DNA of 64,000 nucleotides from Escherichia coli (GTDB lineage Bacteria; Pseudomonadota; Gammaproteobacteria; Enterobacterales; Enterobacteriaceae): NCBI RefSeq assembly GCF_965641715.1, contig NZ_OZ282453.1; one strand, 5' to 3'. Shown piece by piece: positions 48,213 to 64,000 of this stretch (position 1 is its first letter; each line of letters starts with the position of its first letter). The notes under the pieces were generated by a model. It saw only the letters and a program-made list of their open reading frames with translations, ran no database searches and was not told where the DNA came from. The position numbers and the translations under genes were made by a program.

Positions 48213-49265
48213 ATGTTTTTAGTATCATTGTTGAGACGTATTGCATTTAGTTACTACGATTATAAAGCTTATAATTTCAATATTGAAAAAACAGACTTTG
48301 TTGTCATCCATATTCCCGATCAGATTGGCGATGCTATGGCCATCTTTCCTGTTATTCGGGCGCTTGAATTGCATAAAATTAAGCATCTATTAATTGTTAC
48401 GTCGACAATTAATTTAGAAGTCTTTAATGCGCTCAAACTTGAACAGACTAAATTAACATTAGTCACAATGACTATGCAGGATCACGCAACATTAAAAGAA
48501 ATAAAAGATTTAGCGAAGAACATAACACAGCAATACGGTACGCCGGATCTTTGTATAGAGGCGATGCGTAAAAAGAACCTGAAAACGATGTTATTTATCA
48601 GTCAGTTGAAAGCAAAAACGAATTTTCAGGTTGTTGGTTTAACCATGAAGTGCTATTCCCCTGTGTGTAAGAACGCGTCCCGGATGGATCAGAAACTCCG
48701 GGCTCCCGTACCCATGACATGGGCATTTATGATGCGTGAGGCGGGTTTTCCAGCAGTCAGGCCAATATATGAATTGCCACTAAGTGAGGATGTGCTCGAT
48801 GAGGTGCGCGAGGAAATGCGATCGTTAGGATCTTACATTGCGCTTAATTTAGAAGGTAGCTCGCAGGATCGTACATTTTCACTATCGATTGCAGAAAATC
48901 TAATAGAAAAAATTCAAAGTGAAACAGATATACCAATAGTGATCGTTCATGGACCAAAAGGGGAAGATAAAGCCAGGGTATTAGTGGATTGTTATAATAA
49001 TGTCTACCGTTTATCCTTATCACCCTCGATTAAACGTTCAGCAGCAATCATAAAAGATGCTTATATCGCAATAACTCCTGACACCTCAATATTACATATG
49101 GCAAGTGCCTATAATATCCCCGTTGTTGCAATTTATGCTGATTACAAAACGCGATGGCCCGCAATGGCCGATGTTTCGGAGTCAGTCGTCGTTGGGCAAA
49201 AAATTGACAATATAAGTCTGGATGAATTCGCAAAGGCATTAAAAAGTGTTTTGGCGAGAATATGA
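48213..49265 (+). CDS. yeeL: GT9-family heptosyltransferase-like glycosyltransferase
   Basis: 350 codons from ATG (MFLVSLLRR...) with AGGGAGG Shine-Dalgarno upstream; C-terminal GT9-like region (ITPDTSILHMASAYNIPVVAIY); apparently full-length, although yeeL is split in K-12 as I recall. Confidence 0.75.
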   Translation: MFLVSLLRRIAFSYYDYKAYNFNIEKTDFVVIHIPDQIGDAMAIFPVIRALELHKIKHLLIVTSTINLEVFNALKLEQTKLTLVTMTMQDHATLKEIKDLAKNITQQYGTPDLCIEAMRKKNLKTMLFISQLKAKTNFQVVGLTMKCYSPVCKNASRMDQKLRAPVPMTWAFMMREAGFPAVRPIYELPLSEDVLDEVREEMRSLGSYIALNLEGSSQDRTFSLSIAENLIEKIQSETDIPIVIVHGPKGEDKARVLVDCYNNVYRLSLSPSIKRSAAIIKDAYIAITPDTSILHMASAYNIPVVAIYADYKTRWPAMADVSESVVVGQKIDNISLDEFAKALKSVLARI

Positions 49266-49476
49266 GACAGTACTTATGCATAGTAATGCCGATCTGTTAT
49301 GAACGGTGGTGTCATCAATACTCTGAGGCTGGTCAATCATTACAGAAAGCCAGCCTTTGGATCAAAGCTGTACTCACCGGATACAACCATAGTCACACCG
49401 AACGCGAATCTGGCGGTATCGCATTTTTATTTATTCATTTTCTGTGAGAGAAGGGCAAGTTCTGTAGAGAGAATGT

Positions 49477-49508
49477 AAAAAAGAGCGCCCCGAATGGAGC
49501 ACTCTTTA
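49477..49508 (-). terminator. candidate terminator downstream of yeeJ
   Basis: Minus strand AGAGTGCTCC-ATTC-GGGGCGCTCT hairpin (two G:U pairs) followed by TTTTT. Confidence 0.55.
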
Positions 49509-49526
49509 AGAAATTATAACGAAAAA

Positions 49527-57530
<8,004 letters not shown>

Positions 57531-57839
57531 GCTTACCTTCCCTGAACGAGCTAACATAAATGCGCCCTTTCTAGCACAGCGAAAAAATGTAAATCCTGAT
57601 AGCAATATGATTGAAAATTAATAACTTTTCGTTAGGCAGTTTTGGGTGTGAGTTGCAAGAGGGGAGACTACTGAATTACTCAAGTTTTATAATCGAGGGG
57701 AAAATGGTGATGGCGCCATAGCAAAACGCCCTCAACCATAAAGGTCGAGGGCGCTTAAGATGTCAAAACCCGCTATCCGTTGAAAAACAATGCTCAATTA
57801 AGGTCAGTGACATTGCGCTAAGAAGCGAATTTTAGAATT

Positions 57840-57915
57840 TGGCTCCTCTGACTGGACTCGAACCAGTGACATACGGATTAACAGTCCGCCGTTCTACCGA
57901 CTGAACTACAGAGGA
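57840..57915 (-). tRNA. asnT: tRNA-Asn (GUU)
   Basis: Identical 76-nt tRNA-Asn sequence on the minus strand; same upstream leader (CGTGTGAACGGGGCGCATATTA) as the copy at 39211..39286. Confidence 0.95.
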
Positions 57916-58015
57916 ATCGTGTGAACGGGGCGCATATTACTTAGCGGTACCTTGTCTGTCAACACTAAATTTCATAAGTCATTTCAATTGGTTAATTAAT
58001 CTGCAAAGTTGTTAA

Positions 58016-58813
58016 TTAATGAACATTCGTCGCCGAAAACGAGTCTGTATCATTAGCGTGATGCAGTCTCAGCAAAGGATCTTGTTGATAAAATTGGCAG
58101 AAACGTTGCCACAATGAAGGGAAACGAGGAGCAAAAAGTTCTGGGGCGCTAAAGAAATATTCAGAAAGTACGGCAAAACATTCAGCAGGATCACTGGCAG
58201 CATAAGCATCAATGCTCGCCGCATTCTCGCCAACCAATTCGATTTCTTCCTGAATGTTGTTCATTGCAGCATGAAGATCGTGTTCCCAGCCAGCAACCTC
58301 ACGCAACGGAATAAAGGGAACTCCGCTTGCGCGATCGCCGTTACGGGTGTCCAGCTTATGAGCGACTTCATGAATAATCAGGTTAAAACCAGAAGCATCA
58401 AAAGAATCTTGTATATCCAACCAGTTCAAAACGATAGGCCCTTGCTGCCAGCTCTGACCTGACTGAACAATACGTTGGTTATGCACCAGACCGATATCGT
58501 CTTCCCATTCATCATCGACCACAAATGGCGCAGGATAAATTAAGACTTCATGAAAACCATCCAGCCATTCCAGTCCTAACTCCAGAACGGGCAGGCAAAA
58601 TAGAAGTGCTATCCGGCAGCTTCTTAATGAATCCAGTTCAAAGCCCTGTAAAGGAACAAGCCGCTTTTGCTGTAAAAAACGTTCGGCAAGAGTGACTAAT
58701 TTGCTTTGTTCCTGTTCTGTCAGACACGTTAAAAGAGGAATCGATAGTGCTTCCTGCCAGGGAAGGGCAGTTTGATGTGCTGATTCTTGTACTTTCCAGG
58801 GCCACTTAATCAT
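58016..58813 (-). CDS. mtfA: Mlc titration factor A (zinc-dependent peptidase family)
   Basis: 265 codons from [20 protein letters not shown] with HExxH motif ([10 protein letters not shown]); ORF track begins 13 codons upstream. Confidence 0.92.
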   Translation of the reverse strand: MIKWPWKVQESAHQTALPWQEALSIPLLTCLTEQEQSKLVTLAERFLQQKRLVPLQGFELDSLRSCRIALLFCLPVLELGLEWLDGFHEVLIYPAPFVVDDEWEDDIGLVHNQRIVQSGQSWQQGPIVLNWLDIQDSFDASGFNLIIHEVAHKLDTRNGDRASGVPFIPLREVAGWEHDLHAAMNNIQEEIELVGENAASIDAYAASDPAECFAVLSEYFFSAPELFAPRFPSLWQRFCQFYQQDPLLRLHHANDTDSFSATNVH

Positions 58814-58906
58814 CGTTTTGCTCGCAAACTCGTCACTTGAACAAAATTGCACGGACAGGGACTGTTAAAATGCCAAATTTCCTGGCATCATGGCAACCAT
58901 CTGAAC

Positions 58907-58996
58907 GGAGAGATGCCGGAGCGGCTGAACGGACCGGTCTCGAAAACCGGAGTAGGGGCAACTCTACCGGGGGTTCAAATCCCCCTCTCTCCGCCA
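58907..58996 (+). tRNA. serU: tRNA-Ser (CGA)
   Basis: 90-nt GGAGAGATGCCGGAGCGGCTGAACGGACCGGTCTCGAAAACCGGAGTAGGGGCAACTCTACCGGGGGTTCAAATCCCCCTCTCTCCGCCA with long variable arm and anticodon CGA. Confidence 0.95.
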
Positions 58997-59565
58997 CTTT
59001 ATCAATGACTTATCTCCCAACTTCCCGCCTTGCTTTTCCTAAACAGAACAATCGTAGAATATTCTTGAAGGGTTAGATCGTCACTGTTTTCTGTTCGATA
59101 CTGTGACATTCAGCACTTGATTCGCTATGGATCTGACAGGAAGCTTTCGAGCGAAAATGTGCAGTTATTCAGTCGTTTTCTTATCGCTCACCATTATTCT
59201 TTTAGACATTCATCCTATGAAACTGCCGCAAAGTTGGTGGTGGGAACTGAAGTTGCGTAGAGAAGGGGTCAAAAATTGAGTCAAAAAAGGAACGCGGCCG
59301 TCAGATTAAAGCCGCGGGACAAAGTCCATAATTTCCAAGAGTTGTTGAATTTCCCAGCTTTTTTGAAAGCCTTTGTATCATACTAACAAGTAAAAAAGGT
59401 TTAAATACCAAAATTAACCTGTATTTTTGATAAGTCTTACCATTGTACGATTTACACAGTTTCTGCTCCTCCTTGTTGATAGTGGAAAGGGTGCATTGTG
59501 CACTTGCGTAAACATTTATGACGCGTTGATGTCCATGGTTCACATTTCCTTGTCAGGGGATCGAC

Positions 59566-60096
59566 TTATTTGCGGCGAGGCATCATTCGTAACAGAGTAT
59601 TATCTTTCTGAATGTAGTGATGAAAGAGTGCTGCGCCAGCGTGAGCTGCGATTAAAAAGTAGCCTATATTTGCCCAGGTTTCGTGAATATTTTTTATCAG
59701 TGCTTTAATTTCGCTGTTTGGGGTAACAAAGGGAGACACATTGAAACCAAGGAAACTCCACGATTTTCCACTGTAAGCCATCAAAGCAATCCCCAGCAGA
59801 GGAAGTGCAAGGAAGGTTATATAAAGCATGATGTGCATTAGCGAAGCCGCTTTCATTTGCCAGGCAGGTGGCGGTGGCACAATAGAAGGATCACTATAAC
59901 GGTGTTTTATAATCAGGCGTGAAAACATTAACACCCAAACGAATATACCCGCATTGTAATGTGTTTCTCGCATCAGCAGATAAGTACTACTACCTTTAGG
60001 AAACCAGCCACGGAGTTCCATCGCGGCATAGGTTATTGCAACGAAAAGCAGCGTTATCCAATGTAAATAAATTTGAGTTTTTGAGAATCGGTTCAT
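59566..60096 (-). CDS. yodB: cytochrome b561-family membrane protein
   Basis: 176 codons from MNRFSKTQIYLHWITLLFV, four TM helices with conserved His residues; ORF track begins 10 codons upstream. Confidence 0.88.
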   Translation of the reverse strand: MNRFSKTQIYLHWITLLFVAITYAAMELRGWFPKGSSTYLLMRETHYNAGIFVWVLMFSRLIIKHRYSDPSIVPPPPAWQMKAASLMHIMLYITFLALPLLGIALMAYSGKSWSFLGFNVSPFVTPNSEIKALIKNIHETWANIGYFLIAAHAGAALFHHYIQKDNTLLRMMPRRK

Positions 60097-60438
60097 TTTT
60101 GTAGCTCCTGTAATTTTCACAGTCAAGCTATCCCACGAACCTTAAAAATTCCTTATACAGATGTGGTTTTAAGAATTTGTTATTTAAAAAATTGATAGTG
60201 CACATTGTAACCAGCCAATATAAGCAATGGCGTGAGCACAGGTATCTTTCTCTGTTGGCCGTATTGTGTATGGAATCCGTTATTGGTTAACTCAATGCGG
60301 GTTAGCTTATTAATATACAGACACGTCATAGTGATGAGCGTGTCTGTAGCTCGCTTGCGTTCAGTGGCGTTTGTGGATGGACCAGTGGCAGTTATGATGA
60401 CTTACTAAAGCGGCATCGAGGCGTTATCATGAGAATAC

Positions 60439-61089
60439 TCAATGAGACATCATTTCCTCGACCACTTCTTCGCTACTCAACTGATATGGATAATACGTTG
60501 GCCAGTTTTCCATTTCATTTAATAAAGATTGCTGTGAATCATTACCCATAAAAATGTGAAAATGAGATGGTTTTCGTGGTGCAATTATATGATCGCTAAA
60601 TTGTATATATTTAGGGGCTTTGCTTTCAGGATCTTTACATTCGAATAAGTAACGAACGCCTTTCTTGCCTGATTTATAGGTGAGTATTTTGTATCCATCG
60701 TAATCATATTTACAGGATGTTGTTTCATTATTTCTATGGAATTCAACAATGCCGTCCTCAATGCCAATCATCTCGATATCTGTTGCATAACCTTTGTGAT
60801 AATAATCTTTAATTTCAGCAAATGTTTTAGTTTTATCTGCATCCGCTTTCTTCTGAAAGACGGGGTCAAGTTTGCCACTTTGCAGTAAAGGATAAACGGA
60901 TTGCCAGACTCCATCCCAGTCACTGAGCGTTCGGTTTTGTACATTGGCATCATCAAAAACACCATTAGCAGCTTTTTGTTCGACCTCTGTTAAGGGTTTG
61001 CCGTGTGAGTGATGACCATGCGAAAAGGCAGGAGCGCTAACAATAAAGACACCTAAAGCAACAGCCAGTTTGTGAAGACGAATCGCCAA
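60439..61089 (-). CDS. zinT: periplasmic metal-binding protein ZinT (YodA)
   Basis: 216 codons with signal peptide and HGHHSHG metal-binding motif; reference-like start is a TTG ([10 protein letters not shown]...) 7 nt downstream of GGAGGA; ORF track starts 7 codons upstream at ATG. Confidence 0.88.
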   Translation of the reverse strand: MAIRLHKLAVALGVFIVSAPAFSHGHHSHGKPLTEVEQKAANGVFDDANVQNRTLSDWDGVWQSVYPLLQSGKLDPVFQKKADADKTKTFAEIKDYYHKGYATDIEMIGIEDGIVEFHRNNETTSCKYDYDGYKILTYKSGKKGVRYLFECKDPESKAPKYIQFSDHIIAPRKPSHFHIFMGNDSQQSLLNEMENWPTYYPYQLSSEEVVEEMMSH

Positions 61090-61125
61090 AACAGTTTCCT
61101 CCAGAGTCATTGTATATGATGTGTA

Positions 61126-61142
61126 ATGTTATATTGTAACAT
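61126..61142 (-). promoter_or_regulatory. candidate Zur box in the zinT promoter
   Basis: ATGTTATATTGTAACAT is a 6-5-6 palindrome, one mismatch from the Zur core as I recall it, ~40 nt upstream of the zinT start. Confidence 0.6.
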
Positions 61143-61278
61143 ATGACAAAATGCAACAACTCTTAGGAGATGAGAGCATAGTTTTCTCAGGTGTACTTAT
61201 CTATCTTATTGAAATAAAATGAATTATGTTGATAATTTGAGGTTGATGACAAACGAAACATAACCTGATGTGATCTGC

Positions 61279-61312
61279 GTAGGCCGGATAGGGCGCTCGC
61301 GCCACATCCGGC
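61279..61312. repeat. REP element
   Basis: GTAGGCCGGATAGGGCGCTCGCGCCACATCCGGCA matches the REP palindromic unit; intergenic between zinT and msrQ. Confidence 0.65.
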
Positions 61313-61345
61313 AGGGATAACGCGTACTTTGTCGGCAATATGAAG

Positions 61346-61981
61346 TTATACAGATAATTTGTTGTGAACCTGCTTGCGTAACCGGTTAAAAAGGGAACGC
61401 AACTTCTTATACCGTAAGGCTAAAAGCAGTACAGCCAGCCCAGCGTAGATGAGCGGCTGCGGTGAAATAATCTTCACTGACCACAGATAATGAATTGGGG
61501 CCAGGATCGCGACAAGATAGACGAAATTATGCAACTGTTGCCAGTGCTTGCCGAGTTTTCGCTGCATCGCCTGGGTTGAAGTAAACGCTAAAGCAAGCAA
61601 AATAACCCAGCTGATAATTCCTAACGTTAAATAAGGCCGGGTAATTAACTCCTTGCCTAATAACGCCAGATTATTCACGCCCAGCTCCAGCAATGCGTAA
61701 CTGGTTAAATGCAGTGTCGCCCAGGCAAAGCACCATAAGCCTAACAGGCGGCGAGTGCGTATCAATAACGGCTGTTTTGCGTAGCGTGCCAGAGGTGTGA
61801 TTAACAAGGTCGCCAGCAAAAATTTCAGTGCAGTGCGACCGGTAAAATGCTGAATATCTTTCACCGGATCGGCACCCAGTCCACCGTGATTGATCGCCCA
61901 AACCAGCCAGAGAAACGGCAACAATCCGGCAAGATGCAGGCAAACTTTCAGCCATGTCACCTGTTTTGCTGTCAGACGCAT
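61346..61981 (-). CDS. msrQ: methionine sulfoxide reductase heme-binding membrane subunit
   Basis: 211-aa polytopic membrane protein matching MsrQ (YedZ), directly downstream of msrP. Confidence 0.93.
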   Translation of the reverse strand: MRLTAKQVTWLKVCLHLAGLLPFLWLVWAINHGGLGADPVKDIQHFTGRTALKFLLATLLITPLARYAKQPLLIRTRRLLGLWCFAWATLHLTSYALLELGVNNLALLGKELITRPYLTLGIISWVILLALAFTSTQAMQRKLGKHWQQLHNFVYLVAILAPIHYLWSVKIISPQPLIYAGLAVLLLALRYKKLRSLFNRLRKQVHNKLSV

Positions 61982-62992
<1,011 letters not shown>

Positions 62993-63094
62993 TCACACTT
63001 TTTTGTCGTTAGCCAGCAAGAGCCGTTTACTGTTAATCTGTCAGGGAGTGTCCTCCCTAACAGTAGCAGAGATCTGCTTTTACATATTTATGCA

Positions 63095-63508
63095 TTAACT
63101 GCCACGATAGGTTGAATACCCATATTGGCTAAGTAATAAAGGCACATGATAATGCTCGTTCACTTTATTAATATGAAATTCAACGGGGATCTCAGGGAAG
63201 AAACTTTCAAGATTTTGTTTCTTGAAATAGTCCCCGGTTTTAAATACGACACGGTAATCGCCAGTAGTCGCAGTTTGCTCGGGCCACAGTGCCTTAATTC
63301 GTCCATCCTTATCTGTTTTGGCGGTATTAAGTTGTAACCAGCCGTTGTCCGCTTTCTTTTCAAGAGTGACTGTCACGTCAGCAGCGGGTTTTCCTGTTTG
63401 CTGGTTCAAAATGTGCACGCTAAGAATGTTTTGTTGTGCGGCATTAACCAAAGAAGGTAATGAAAATGCTGCCGTTGCTACCGAGAGTACTAAATAACGC
63501 TTTAACAT
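63095..63508 (-). CDS. hiuH: 5-hydroxyisourate hydrolase (transthyretin-like periplasmic protein)
   Basis: 137-aa ORF with signal peptide and C-terminal YRGS motif typical of HIU hydrolases. Confidence 0.92.
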
Positions 63509-63640
63509 GTTTATATCCTTGTCATGTGAATGAGTTTTGAGGATAGCGAAAAAACGTCCAGGGTAACCTTACAGCAGCATTACAATTTTGTAATGAACCA
63601 GGCTGTTTCTATAACATATGATTTATGGCATATTATTTTC

Positions 63641-64000
63641 ATGAAGATTTTACTTATTGAAGATAATCAAAGGACCCAGGAGTGGGTAACGCAGGGGCTT
63701 TCCGAAGCGGGTTATGTCATTGATGCCGTTTCTGATGGCAGAGATGGGCTTTATCTTGCGCTGAAGGATGATTATGCATTGATCATTCTGGATATTATGC
63801 TTCCGGGTATGGATGGCTGGCAGATCTTACAAACGTTAAGAACGGCAAAGCAAACCCCTGTTATTTGCCTTACTGCAAGGGATTCTGTCGATGACAGAGT
63901 CAGAGGGCTGGACAGTGGAGCAAATGATTATCTGGTAAAACCTTTTTCATTTTCTGAGTTGCTGGCAAGGGTTCGGGCACAATTAAGGCAACATCACGCT
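63641..64000 (+). CDS. hprR: OmpR-family response regulator HprR (YedW), N-terminal receiver domain; runs off the 3' edge
   Basis: MKILLIEDNQRTQEWVTQGL...DIMLPGMDGW receiver-domain sequence; 120 codons present, no stop in the window. Confidence 0.9.
   Translation, partial: MKILLIEDNQRTQEWVTQGLSEAGYVIDAVSDGRDGLYLALKDDYALIILDIMLPGMDGWQILQTLRTAKQTPVICLTARDSVDDRVRGLDSGANDYLVKPFSFSELLARVRAQLRQHHA

Noticed and set aside
49262..49447. 61-codon ORF overlapping the yeeL stop
   Set aside because: Short, no Shine-Dalgarno sequence, lies in the convergent terminator region between yeeL and yeeJ.
59301..59708. Overlapping small ORFs (80 and 93 codons) in the serU-yodB spacer
   Set aside because: Mutually exclusive, AT-rich, no start signals or motifs; kept only as a low-interest region in the findings.

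Overview
This window reads as an Escherichia coli-type chromosome segment, colinear with the K-12 rfb-gnd-his-yee-cob-yeeJ neighbourhood but in reverse orientation. Gene identities are assigned from recalled protein families and reference sequences, not from a database search. In order: the 3' part of an AT-rich O-antigen cluster (rmlD tail, rmlA, rmlC, wzx, glycosyltransferase, wzy, O-acetyltransferase, three more glycosyltransferases, manC, manB), gnd, ugd, an oppositely oriented gla-like epimerase followed by a duplicated ugd 3' remnant, wzzB, the complete his operon on the minus strand with its hisL attenuator, yeeZ, yeeY, plaP, yeeE, yeeD, sbcB, dacD, sbmC, yeeA, yeeX, a decayed pduV-like remnant, cobUST, ldtA, four identical tRNA-Asn genes interleaved with nac, cbl, yeeO and yeeN, then amn, shiA, an intact yeeL, a 2667-codon yeeJ adhesin with an internal tandem duplication, mtfA, tRNA-Ser, yodB, zinT, msrPQ, hiuH and the start of hprR. 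I found no CRISPR array, IS element, integrase, prophage or toxin-antitoxin-like pair, and no convincing self-contained undescribed system. The accessory content worth follow-up is the serotype-specific O-antigen cluster, the gla insertion with its ugd remnant, the intact yeeL beside a repeat-expanded yeeJ, and the pdu remnant next to cobUST. Several start codons were moved from the ORF-track positions to reference-like starts, and all coordinates of small motifs are hand-counted.
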